DNA of 62,224 nucleotides, filler included. It is 12 parts of 12 records of this genome, joined end to end, with 100 filler letters (N's around TTAATTAATTAA, not from the genome) between each part and the next. Parts side by side here need not be neighbours in the genome. Positions count along the whole stretch, not along the records: positions 19,468 to 24,027 come from SRR15195285_2130; positions 24,128 to 27,715 come from SRR15195285_2133; positions 27,816 to 31,433 come from SRR15195285_2134; positions 31,534 to 34,970 come from SRR15195285_2141; 8 more parts are not named here. The stretch is one strand, 5' to 3'. Below, piece after piece: positions 21,025-32,368 of the stretch (positions within the stretch are counted from its first letter, which is position 1; each line of letters starts with the position of its first letter). The position numbers and the translations under genes are program-made. The notes under the pieces were generated by a model. It worked only from the letters and a program-made list of their open reading frames with translations. It did not search any database and was not told the origin of the DNA.

Positions 21025-24000
21025 CTACTTGGGGTCAGAATAGGCCGAAGCTGCCGGCTGTGCCACTGTCTTCTTCTTCTTGTCCTTCTTCTTCTTGTCC
21101 TGCTGGTTTGTTTTCTTCAGCTCTCGCGCCAAATTCCTCGAAGACTTCGGTGCTTCCGCTGCTGCTCCCTCCCCTACAACCACGGCCGTTTTCTGTGACT
21201 TCTTCGGCTTCTTCTGCTTTGTCACTGATTTGCCATCCTCGCTGCCTCCTGCTGTTGTTTTCTTCTTTTTCTTGGATTTGACTTTCACCTCGCTTTCAGC
21301 CGCCGTCGTGATCGCTGGGGGCATGAAAATCGCTGGCCGGTCGGGTGTGGCTGCCACTACTGGCTGGCCCTCACCCTCCGCAGCATCAGCGGGGAGAGTA
21401 GGGGCGGCACCGGGAACTGGATCAGGGACAAAAAACTCTGAGGGTTTCGCAGGCACGGATTGGGTTGTTCTCAGGTCTACTCCATCACGCCCTCCATCAG
21501 CCTCGCCCGCCAACGTCGATATTCCCGCCAGCTCATATGTGCTAGCAGGGACCTGAGCCCGCTGCCTCTGTGTGGACTTGCGCCGCCGGAAGGACGGTGG
21601 AGGTGCCATGAGATCATTTGATACCTCGTCTGGCTTCAACGGGGTCGGTTGCGCTGCTTCCCCTGCTGGATCGGGAGCAGGTGCAGATGTGGCAGTTGTC
21701 GTTGGCGGCGGTGCTACTGCCTCGACAGGTTTCATGGAATCGGCATCGTTCGGGTCTACCCAACGCTTGAGCTTCTCATCATAATACATGGTCATGTCAT
21801 CGGCATTCACCTCTTTGTACTCGGGGTTGGCTGCCAACTTTATCGCGGAAAATGGCGATGATATGGCACGTAGCAGTCCCCACCCGCTTGATGAAGGTGT
21901 AGAGGGTGTTGACGGCGCTGCGCTGGCGCTTGCCGTGTCGTCCGACTTTGTGGCTGGCTCAGCTTTGGATTCGGCCACCGGTGCTGGCGCTGGAGCCACT
22001 GTTTGTGGAGGAGTCGGAGGAGGTGCTGCCGACGCTGGTGGTCTGTCGGCTGTTTCGCCAGCTGCAGGCGGCGCTGAGGGAGCCGGGGAGGGAGCAGGTG
22101 CTGGAGCCGGTGCGGGTGCAGGTGTGGGTGCTGGTGCTGCCATGGCAGCGAGTTCTTGTGCCTGCTGTGCGTCCCACAGCTCTGACTGCAACAGCTCCAG
22201 CTGCCGCTGAGAAGATGCTCGCTCTGCCTCAAACTGTTGCCCTTGCGCTGCAATCGCGGCTGCATGCTGACTCTGTGCCTCAGCGAGCTCAGCCTTGACA
22301 GACTTCTTCATCTTTTTGAGCTGCTTCGACTGTTTTTCTGCCTTGCGCTCCGTTTCTTGCAGCCGAGCTGCAGTGGCGACAGCATCGTCACACAGCACAG
22401 CAGTAGTCTCCATCGCTGCACGCAGGCGAGTGACCTCGGCCTTGTGCTGCTCCACTGCAGCCCGCTCTATGGCCAACTGCTCTTCAAAGTGTGCAGCCAT
22501 CGTCGGCGAGTCGAGCCGTGACATGTCGCGTAGCTTTTCTACCTCCGCCATCAGGTTGTGGGACGGTGTCATTGCAGATGCCGGTGTTAGAGTGACTGGA
22601 TCTGCACCCCTACCACTGCCAGCAGTGACTGATGATGGGCTATCAACTGTTCGCATCGGTGTGATGCTGACCATAGCTGCGCCACTGGACTGTGCGCTGC
22701 TGTGGCTGCAGGGTTCGCTCAGACGGATCACTGCTCGGGCAAGCAGTAGTGAAGTGGTCACACGGGAGTCCTCGGCCTGCACCTGCTTTGCGGCCGAGGC
22801 AGCAACATCGGCACCGGTCTCGCTACGGGACGAAGGAATGTACGTTGAAAGAGCTGCTCCTGCTGTGACTTTGTAGCGCTTCGTGACTGACTGCAAAGCA
22901 CGTCGTCGCCTCTCATCTTGTGCGTGATTACTCTGGGTCTGCATGACGCCCTTGCGGTCAACCCACACCCAATCCGCCCACCAACGAGATCTGGCAGCTG
23001 CAGCTGCGGCAGGAGCGCCCGGACGGGCAAAGTGTCGCTGCAAGACGAACGAGTTGCTCTGCTGGTACTGTGCTGATATCCAAGCTGCAACATCGGACCA
23101 TGTCTGTTGTTGAATCTCGACAGCGGCGTCTGTCTCCGCAGCTTTTGAACCATTGCTAGCAGCTGCATCCGATGGTGCTGTTTCTTCAGCGCCAGCATTA
23201 GAATCTGTTCCAATCGTCTGCAACATCACCGTTGGAGAGACATGCTGTTCAAGTGCATTCTGATAGTCATACTTGTAGCGCTCTGTGATCGAGTCCTTGG
23301 TCGCCTTCCATTTAGATTCCATGTGTACCTGTTCCGGCGTGCGCATGGCACCACGTGTGCCCACAGCAGGCGATGAGCGAGCAACACCACATCTATCGAC
23401 CCACACCCATCGATCTGTTGCAGCTTGACCGGCACGATAGTCGCTCTGCAGCTTCCCTACTTCCGTGAGCGCAGCTTGCAGTGCGTCCGTCAGCACCACC
23501 GGTTGCGTTGGCACGTGTGACTGTGCCTCCGCGAGCAGCAGTTTGTACGCCTCCAATGATGCAGCAACTTCTGAATCGACAGCAACCGAGGTAAGTGCTG
23601 CCACAGGTGCAGGTGGTCCAGTATCAACAGCAGCCGCAGCAGCACGCTGCAACTCATGCTTTAAGCGTTCCATTTCGTTCTGAGAATAGGCTATCTTCTC
23701 CATACAGGCCGCAACATCCTCCTGACTCTCGGCAAGTTGTGAATGCGTGTCGCTAAGGCTTGCTTCTAAGCGTTCGCGCTCTGCGTCCATCTCGTGCAGC
23801 CGAGCAGCCGCAGTGGTTTGATGATCTTGCATCGCCTGCTTCAAAGTTTCCACATGTGCCTTGAGCTGTGTCGTCGCCGCAGTTTTTGCGCCAAGCTCGT
23901 GGCGGGCGTGTTCAGCCTGCTCCTTGAAAAGGCTGGACTGTTGTCTCAACTGTTCGATTTCTTGCCGCATCTGCTGCTCCACCTCTGGTGTTAGCGTAGG

Positions 24001-24027
24001 TTGCTGCTGCTGCTGCTGCTGCTGCTG
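21025..24027 (-). CDS. Large coiled-coil/low-complexity protein with a Sec16-like C-terminal motif; 5'-partial
   Basis: ORF of at least 985 aa open to the contig edge (poly-Q). Coiled coils, a PA-repeat region, MYYDEKLKRWVDP and a Lys-rich tail. Confidence 0.75.
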   Translation of the reverse strand, partial: QQQQQQQQQPTLTPEVEQQMRQEIEQLRQQSSLFKEQAEHARHELGAKTAATTQLKAHVETLKQAMQDHQTTAAARLHEMDAERERLEASLSDTHSQLAESQEDVAACMEKIAYSQNEMERLKHELQRAAAAAVDTGPPAPVAALTSVAVDSEVAASLEAYKLLLAEAQSHVPTQPVVLTDALQAALTEVGKLQSDYRAGQAATDRWVWVDRCGVARSSPAVGTRGAMRTPEQVHMESKWKATKDSITERYKYDYQNALEQHVSPTVMLQTIGTDSNAGAEETAPSDAAASNGSKAAETDAAVEIQQQTWSDVAAWISAQYQQSNSFVLQRHFARPGAPAAAAAARSRWWADWVWVDRKGVMQTQSNHAQDERRRRALQSVTKRYKVTAGAALSTYIPSSRSETGADVAASAAKQVQAEDSRVTTSLLLARAVIRLSEPCSHSSAQSSGAAMVSITPMRTVDSPSSVTAGSGRGADPVTLTPASAMTPSHNLMAEVEKLRDMSRLDSPTMAAHFEEQLAIERAAVEQHKAEVTRLRAAMETTAVLCDDAVATAARLQETERKAEKQSKQLKKMKKSVKAELAEAQSQHAAAIAAQGQQFEAERASSQRQLELLQSELWDAQQAQELAAMAAPAPTPAPAPAPAPAPSPAPSAPPAAGETADRPPASAAPPPTPPQTVAPAPAPVAESKAEPATKSDDTASASAAPSTPSTPSSSGWGLLRAISSPFSAIKLAANPEYKEVNADDMTMYYDEKLKRWVDPNDADSMKPVEAVAPPPTTTATSAPAPDPAGEAAQPTPLKPDEVSNDLMAPPPSFRRRKSTQRQRAQVPASTYELAGISTLAGEADGGRDGVDLRTTQSVPAKPSEFFVPDPVPGAAPTLPADAAEGEGQPVVAATPDRPAIFMPPAITTAAESEVKVKSKKKKKTTAGGSEDGKSVTKQKKPKKSQKTAVVVGEGAAAEAPKSSRNLARELKKTNQQDKKKKDKKKKTVAQPAASAYSDPK

Positions 24028-24127
24028 NNNNNNNNNNNNNNNNNNNNNNNNNNNNNNNNNNNNNNNNNNNNTTAATTAATTAANNNNNNNNNNNNNNNNN
24101 NNNNNNNNNNNNNNNNNNNNNNNNNNN

Positions 24128-27100
24128 AGCTTCTCTTTCCTTTCGACGGGCGACGTTGCACTACGAGTCCGGTCTGATCCAACGCACAAATGAATGCACC
24201 AAGTAGAAAGTACGGCGATTCTACAAACGCCACGATGATGGCCAATGGAACAACAAACTTGAGGAACACCGTGGTGAACCATATCGACGTGAATTCAACT
24301 TGGTTCAACTCTTCTGAGTCCCAATTTGAAGCGTCGGTGGCCAGTACATCTTGATGATTGGGGTTCCAGACGGTCACTCGGGTGCCCTTTTGAATGATTT
24401 TACCGCTGGTTGGAGCACTCCATGCACTGGTGTCGCGAATTACTATGTGCTCCGCTTCACTTTCCTCCTCGGACTGTTTATCCGCAATTCTCTTTGCCAA
24501 CCCTATCTTCTCCTCCTCCTGGTACCATTTCTTGTCTTTCACCTTCACTTGATATTTCTCCCCTTCACCTATTCTTTTCAGCAATGGCTTGTCGGCCGTG
24601 TAGATCATCCAGCCTGTTCCAACCTTTTTGTCGTCAAGGTGCGCCAGAAACAGATCGCCTTCGAGTATTTCGTCAACCACTGTGACTTCCATACCCGCTT
24701 CCAATGTTCTAGTGATGGCCGAGGACATATCTGGTGCCTGCCGAACCGCTGCGGTGTCGTTTTCATGCACGTTGACAACCTCGTACTGCGCGGGGAACTT
24801 AATCCGTGGAAAGGTCACTCGCTCGAGCAATTTGGCTTCTACCATCTCCATCTCAGTCAGCAGCTGCGACGCGCAAGGGCAACAATGGGTTAGTATTAGC
24901 TAAGCACGGTCGAGGCGACGGATTGCGGCGCGTACAATATAGTCCTGGCCCTCTGTGTCAATTCCAGCCTTGGGCACAGGATCCGCGTTGCTTGGGTATC
25001 GCTGCCGATACATCTGGCTACAGACGGTATAGGTAAATACAATCTGTACAGCGACGGTGGCGGACGCCCACGACGGTGCGAAGGCCCCCAAAGCGTAGGT
25101 CAGGAATTCGGAACTCGAGCCGACACAAAGGGTCTTAAAGGCATCTCCATCATCTTGGAGCAGTTGGCCCACAACTGAGAACGCCAAGCTTACCAATGTC
25201 ATCGACACCAAATATACCTTAGCATTTGTACTAGTATCGTCCTCAGCGGCCTCTGCCTCGACGGGCTTCTCGTACATGATATAGTCATCCGGGATGTCGA
25301 TGTGGCTCATAGTTTCAGAGCCATTGGTCAGGCATGTCGTCCATGCACCACCAGTTTTCCCAACGAACAGGCACGTGGGGTCGTTAATGCAGTTGACGTA
25401 AGCCCCGGCCTCTGAGCTGTTGGTTGAGATAGTGTCAGATGACCCGCAGGATCGTGCCGGCATTTGTGCCCAAGATGCCGAAGGCAGCCAGGGCTTCTGG
25501 TCGGTATAGTTGAGCGGGGTTGACAAGTCCGCCGAACCGACATTGCCACTGCCGCAGTTTGTTGCACCATGCTCACACCCGAATTCGTGAGCCAGATGCA
25601 GCACCACTTGAGCCAACAGTGTCCGCAACATCGTGAGCATGCCAATCCAGTTGGGTCGATGCAATAGCAACAAACCTAGTCCGAGAATCACGGTGAGAAC
25701 AAAGCCAAGAATCATTAGCTCCAACGACGATACTGAAGAGCGATTCAGCAGGGTCCTAGTACCAGCGTCGGCAATTTTAAAGTAAAACAGGGTGTGCAAG
25801 AACAAGACGGTCTCTTTCCACCGTTCGTAGAATATGTCTGGTGCGATCTGTTGGGCGTGGTATCTCATGCGAGCGACTTGCATTCCAGCTGCAACGAAGG
25901 CTGCTGCGAAAGGCAGCGCAAGGGTCGTGCACCAGATACGCAGAGTCACCGTGTCCAGAGCAGAAAGTTTTGCTAAACACTCAAAGGGTAGCCGCTCGAT
26001 GAAGTCGACCTGGACATATCCACGGAGAAACGCGGCACTTGCAATCACCCAGGCAGGCCATTCCAGATGCGGGAAGTTAGTGAACATGAGGACAATCCTC
26101 TGGACCTGTCCAAGCCAATAGGCAAAAGCAGTGAATGAGTCCAGAGTGCCCACAGCCTTTTCGAACTGTTGCATCCCTTTCTTAGCCTTTTCGAACTGTT
26201 GCATCCCTTTCTTGAAAGCTGCCTTAGGGTCAAAATTGTCCTTGAGCTCTCTAACGACGTACACGCCAGCCCCGATGACAACTGCAATTGAACAAATCAG
26301 CCAAATAGCAATGCTGAGCTCGGGCGAGCCCTCGCCACACACAGTGCAATTGCCATCAATTTTGTAGTAAGTTTCAGTGCCTGGTCCTTGGCACACTAAA
26401 CACGCTTCCCATTGGTTGCTTGTTCTATATGTGCCCAATTGAAGTTCACCAAAGTCTTCAGGGCAGCAGACTGCATCATCGTCAGACAAGAACATTCCTG
26501 GAGCGCATGGACCATTTGGATCCTGATCAGAATGTGCACGAAAACGTGTCGGGGCCGGAGTTGGTGGTGGGGGCGGAGGTGTTTTGGTATTGTTTTGTGT
26601 TGGTGGTGCGGTAGCGTTGTTGTCACTTGGTGGCCCAAGATCAGGAATCATTTCAAGATTCGTGAGCAAGGCAAATCCGAAGATTGCAATCAACAAGCTC
26701 AACAAGCAAATCGAGCACATCCGCAGCAACTTGAAGCAGTAGGATTGGTTAACCCGAACCCAGCGGCCACGATGCTTTTTTGTATGAGCTTGCTCCGAAG
26801 GGTCCGCTCCGCCCCCATTCATGTGCATCGCACCTTCCACGACCTCATCACCCGAACGGCAGGTCCGCAGGCACGCGCACCAACAGCCAATCGCAACTAC
26901 TAGATAACAGCCGAGTTGAACTGGTGACGGCGGTGGTGATGAAGTTGCGGTAAGGTTACCATCTCCACCACCACTGGACGCACCACCACACGTTGGAGCC
27001 GGGGCTGAGGTCGGATCTGCGCATAGGCAAGTCGCGTAGGTGAGTTCCGCCGTCCAGCAACCTGCATCGCCGGGTGCTTGCGGGAGCCCTGTGGACGGGT

Positions 27101-27569
27101 CTACATTACAGCAGGCATCATAGGTGTAGGTGGGGTCCCAGCACGCGGGATTGCCCTGCCACGGTGGGGGGCAGGGGGGCGGAGCTGGTGCACATTCATA
27201 GTGGCACCAATCCTGCTCCGTGCAGGTTTGGCCACAGTAGTGGCTCTCGCATTCGCCGTGTCTATTGCAGCTGGAACCGTCCGCTTCACAAAGCAAAGTG
27301 CAGTCTCCAAACAATCCCTTGCTGAAGGCCACGTACAAGAAGACGCACACCAATGCACAAACGCATACGCAGCAGCACTTGCAACGACAGCGCCAACAGC
27401 GCCCCCAACAGCTGCGTCTGGGCTTGTCTGCGACAAGGTCTGCAGGCAGGTCCTCAGTCAGGTGCGATGATGCATCATCCCACTCCTGCAAAGTCAGGAC
27501 ATTTGACGACACTGGGTTCTCGACGGTAGCCGCCACTCCGGAACCTTGGCCGTACTTCGCTTCGCTCAT
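24128..27569 (-). CDS. Cys-rich polytopic membrane protein with an SH3b-like domain; intron 24864-24935; 3'-partial
   Basis: The 889-aa and 259-aa ORFs join in phase 0 across GTACGC...TACTAAC...CGCAG. Many TM segments, Cys-rich ectodomains, and VRQAPDMSSAITRTLEAGMEVTVV..GW. Confidence 0.75.
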
Positions 27570-27815
27570 CGTTCGACTGCGCCGCGTGCCCTGCGTCAGC
27601 CGAGGGGGAGTACTAGCAGATAGCCCTTGCGAGCCGAGGCGGTCTGGTGCCTTTTGGCGCGGTTTTGGCGTGGCGTGCCACGTCCGTAGTCGTGTTCGAT
27701 CTCTCTCGCGAGACCNNNNNNNNNNNNNNNNNNNNNNNNNNNNNNNNNNNNNNNNNNNNTTAATTAATTAANNNNNNNNNNNNNNNNNNNNNNNNNNNNN
27801 NNNNNNNNNNNNNNN

Positions 27816-30800
27816 GCTCCGGCTCCGGCTCCGGCTCCGGCTTTGCCTCCGGCTCCGGCTTTGCCATCGCCTTTGAATTTGACTCTGGCTCCGTTGTGGG
27901 CGACTCCGGTTCCGCCTGCTCAGACTCCTGCACGTCTTCAAATGACTCCGGCTTCGTCTGAGCGGCGTGACCATCAATGGGTTCCAGCTGTCGTTGAACG
28001 GGTGGCGAGATATCTTCGTTGGGTAGCTGCATACTTACAAAGGTAGAAGCTTCCTGCTCAAGCTGCAGCGCTATGAGCTGACGTGCACGGCCTTTTATTG
28101 CCCCAACTGGCTGTAGTTTTCGTTGCACAGGTGGTGAGATATCTTCGTTTGGAAGCTGCATACTTTGGAATCCAGCAACCTCTTGCTGACGCTGCAATGA
28201 CAGCAGTTCGATTGCCTCTTCGTGTTGATGCCTCATCTCCAAACGCTGGATATCTGCAAGCTGCCGCTCAACCTCAGCGAGATCGTCCGCGCGCATTGCA
28301 AGCTTGCGCCTTTGCTCAAGCTGATACGACTGCGCGGCTTCTTCACCCTGGATAGTCTTTAGGCGCTCGGCTTGCTTTGCAGCCACAGTCGCTTCTTCGG
28401 CAGCCTCCTTTGCGATCGCAGCTGCCTGCCTGGCATGCAAGTCCTCTTCGTGCTTCGTCAGATCGTGACGCTCTTTCTCGATCTCAATCCGTGCCTTGGC
28501 AAGGAGCTGTTGACCTGCTTCCAATTCTGCCTCGTGAGCGCGGAGGCGACGCAGCTCCTCTTCCATCAAAACTCGAGCCGTCTCTTCCGACACAATCAGA
28601 TGTGCGGCGGCTTCTGCCTGCTCAATCCGGGTCTGCTCTCGTTCGTGCTGCAGGGCTGCCGCTGCAGCTTGAACCTCGGCAGTAGCCTGCTTATACTCAG
28701 TCTCGTGCTCGCGAGCCGACACCTGATCTTGCACCAGTTTGACGCGTGTCTGTTCACTTTCAATCTGCTTCTGCAACATTTCAACTTCTTTCGAATGAAT
28801 CGAGGCCGTCTGCTCGTCCAGCGACTTTCGTGTCTCATCAAGGGACAATTGTTGATTCAGTAGCTGCAATTCGTACTTTTGATTCTGCGCAGCGACTGCC
28901 TCAGCTTGCTGGCGTGCAACAAGGATTTCTTCTACGGCGAGGTGCAACTTCTTTTTCTCCACTTCTAGCTTGTCCATCTCTGCTTTGCGCTCAACTTCTT
29001 CCACCTCTAACGCACTGCGACGCTGTTCCAGCAAGTCTTCTTGTTGAGCAATCGCTTGGCGAGCGTACTCCTCTTGCTCGCGGAGAGCTTTACGACCAAT
29101 CTCCTGCTTCTCAGCCTCATCAATACTGACCTGCTCCATCGTGATGCTACGTTCCAAATCGCTCTCGGCCTTCAGAGAAAGGTCATATTCGATTTCTTCA
29201 TATGTGCAGGTAGCCACCACGTATTGCGCAGCTAGCTGGGCCTGCCTCGTACGACAGACATCCTGGGTGTTTTGCTGCTCCAAAGAAACACGCCTCAGCG
29301 CCTCGGCTTCTTGCGCAAGGCGTTGCTTTTCAGCAGCGACATACGCACGATCCTCCTCGGCTGTGATTTGCAGATGCTCCTGCTCTTCCCGAAGTACGTC
29401 CCTTTCGCTATTTAGACGGGCCACCGCACTTTCCAGCTTCGTCAGATGAGCCTCCTGGACCTCAGCCTGCTCTAGCCCTCTGTCAAGCATAGCCATCTCA
29501 AAGTTAGTCACTTCAGCTGTTCTCGAGCGAACCAACTCACTCTCAGCCTCCAGTCGGCAACGTGCCAGCTCTTGAGCGCTCGACTCCATCGCAATCTTTT
29601 CCCGAAAAGCCTGTAGCTCCGCTTTGTCCTTCAAGAGCCGTTCCCTAGCAACCATGTGCTCAGCAATCTCCGCCTGGAGCTGACTGTGCTGCTGCTCTGC
29701 AGCAGCACGCCCTTCCTCAGCTGCAACCATCTGCAGCTCTCGTTTTTGCTCTGCAATTTGCTCTGCTTCTCTTGTCGCTGCCTCCTGCTCCTCTATCCCA
29801 ACCCGCACCTCTGCTAGCTTTTGTGCCTCAGCTTCTGCTTGCAGAGTTGCAGCAGCTTGCTGTTGCATTTGGTGCTCCAACTTATCGATCGCAGCCTGCT
29901 GTTGCATTCGCTCATCCTCCAGCTTTAGTAGCAATGTGACACGGGCAAGCTCCTGCGACGCTTTGTCGTGCTGCAGTTCGTCTCTCGCCTGCTCAAGAGC
30001 TGCTGTTGGATCATATTTTGATGCCTCGGCTTCGAGCTCAGCGCGTTTTGCAATAGCCTCCTCCTGCATGGCTTCAATGGCTGTTCTTTCAACAGCAAGC
30101 TGCGCCTGCTCCTCGTCTATCTGCTCTTGCCGTGCCCGAACCTCGGCTATATGCTCGTGCAGTTCTGCTCGCGTCCTTTCCAACTCCTCCTCAGCCGTTG
30201 ATTTGGCCGAGAGGTACTCTGTCGATTGCTGCTCCAGTTGCTGAATCGCGGACTGGTGCTCGACTCTCTCATCCTCCAACTTTAAGAGCAGTGTGACGCG
30301 GGCAAGCTCTTGGGATGCGCTTGCTTTCGCAAGTTGAACCTGCTGAGCCGCCAGATCTGCTTTCTGCTGCTCAGCTCTAGCGGCCACTTCCGCCATTTCT
30401 ATAGCCTGAGCTTCTAAGTGGAGTCGTTGGCTCTGCATTTGTGCCTCTTGCTCAAGCAGAGCGGCATGCTTCTCTTGGTACCCACCTGATTCTTCAACCA
30501 TCTTTTGTTCCATTGCCTGCACAGCTGCTCGCTGCTCTTCAAGTTCTGCACGTGTATTGTCCACCAGCTGAGTCATATCTTCAGCCTTTGCCTTGGCATT
30601 CAGGTACTCTTGTGATTCCTTCTGTAATGTCTCCATCTGTGTCTGATGTTCAAGCCGCTCGCCCTCCAATCTCTGCAGCAGCGTTACGTATGCGAGCTCC
30701 TGCGAGGCATTTTTCTGTTCAGCGAGTTCTCGGCGAAGCTGAAAGTCGGCTCGCTCCTTCTCAAGAAGTGCGCGAGCTGCTTGGTGCTCGGAAGCTTGGT

Positions 30801-31433
30801 GCTGAACCAAAACCTGCTCAGATTTCAGCTGTGCAATTTCGGCGACCAAAGCCAAGTTCTGCTCTTCGTAGCCTGCCATTTCGTTATTCAACTTCTTTTC
30901 TCGTGCAAGAGCTGCATCGTGCTTCTCCTGCAGTAGCTGGGTTTCTGCCGCAACTGTCGCAGCTACACGTTCTGACGCATGCTCTTCGAGTTTCTGCATG
31001 GCAGTGGACTGCATGATTCGCTCTTCCTCCAAGGCAGCAAGCGTTGTGATGTGGCTCAATTCTAGCGCAGCACTTCTTTCGTGGAACTCGTCCTTTTGGA
31101 TTTCGAGGTCTCGCTTCTGCTTTTCGAGTGCCAAACGCGTCGCTTCGTGGACTCTGGACTCTGTTTCAAGCCCAGACTGCTGTGCATCCAGCACTTCCTG
31201 CTGTCTTGCGTGCAGCTCTGCCTTCTGGTTGATTGCCTGCCTGGTCACTTCGAGAGCGGCCTGCTGCTCTTCCAATTCAGCGCGAAGCTCATGCACTGCT
31301 TGGGAGCCAGCTCTCTCCTGGGTCAGCCCTCCCTTGCTCCGTTCAAGCTCAACTTGTTGTACCCACGCGAGATAGTCCAGCTCTTGTGCTATCCGAACCT
31401 TTTCCAAGCCGAGGATGTCTGCCTCGGCTTTCC
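27816..31433 (-). CDS. Very long E/Q/A-rich coiled-coil protein, partial at both ends
   Basis: A stop-free frame spans the whole contig (>1200 aa), with heptad composition and internal repeats. Confidence 0.8.
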
Positions 31434-31535
31434 NNNNNNNNNNNNNNNNNNNNNNNNNNNNNNNNNNNNNNNNNNNNTTAATTAATTAANNNNNNNNNNN
31501 NNNNNNNNNNNNNNNNNNNNNNNNNNNNNNNNNTT

Positions 31536-32159
31536 GGCCCTGGAGTTCGTGCGAAAGCCAGCCAGGGCCTCCCCGGCCTGCAGATCCGTTGCGGCGGTAG
31601 CGCTGCCGCGGTGAGCGAATGGTCTGCAGATGAACCACCGCCGCTGAGCACCGCTGGTGCGTCGCACCTCTGGGGACTTCTACCACAGCTTTGGCCGTTC
31701 TCAGACATCGTGATTCGGCCACAACCAGTGCAAATCTCCGAACCGATCAACGTTGTCTGGGACGCGTTCCTAGACTTCGATAGCTACTCGAAGTGGAACC
31801 CGTTCCACAAGAATGTCGAGATTGTGGAGGAAGGCGGCGGATCTGAGGCGACGGTTGCTGTGCGGATGACAGTGGATATGGGGCCTATACTCGGCACCTT
31901 GGTATCCACTGAGACCATCTGCTACGTCGACAGCGCCAGAAAGATACTCATGTACAGTGCGAACCACCCAAGCGCGCTCCGCATGGTATGGCTGCTGCCA
32001 ACTGCCGACGGCAGTGGCACGGTGTTCAACAGCTACGATATGATCGGCGGATATCCTGCGGCGTTCTCGCGGGGACACATCGTTGGCGTGGTTGACCGTG
32101 GGTTCAACGCCCAGCACGAAGCGCTGCGTGACTACGTGCAGTCCAAAAAACAGCAATGA
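31536..32159 (+). CDS. SRPBCC/START (polyketide cyclase-like) domain protein; 5'-partial
   Basis: ISEPINVVWDAFLDFDSYSKWNPF, beta-strands, and a C-terminal helix GFNAQHEALRDYVQ. Confidence 0.8.
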   Translation, partial: GPGVRAKASQGLPGLQIRCGGSAAAVSEWSADEPPPLSTAGASHLWGLLPQLWPFSDIVIRPQPVQISEPINVVWDAFLDFDSYSKWNPFHKNVEIVEEGGGSEATVAVRMTVDMGPILGTLVSTETICYVDSARKILMYSANHPSALRMVWLLPTADGSGTVFNSYDMIGGYPAAFSRGHIVGVVDRGFNAQHEALRDYVQSKKQQ

Positions 32160-32368
32160 GGATGGAACTCACTCGCAGGATGACACGCGACACCTTCACG
32201 CGAGCATAGGTCGCCCCGAGCACACCGATTGTGTGGCCACTTGGCGTTCTCGTCGGCCATGTATTCAATTCATTGTGCAAACGACACTGGTGCCTGCGCA
32301 CTGGCTACGCAAGACCACGGGTGTCAGTCGTCTTAAATGCGTCACCTGGTCCTTACCCGTAGCCCAGT

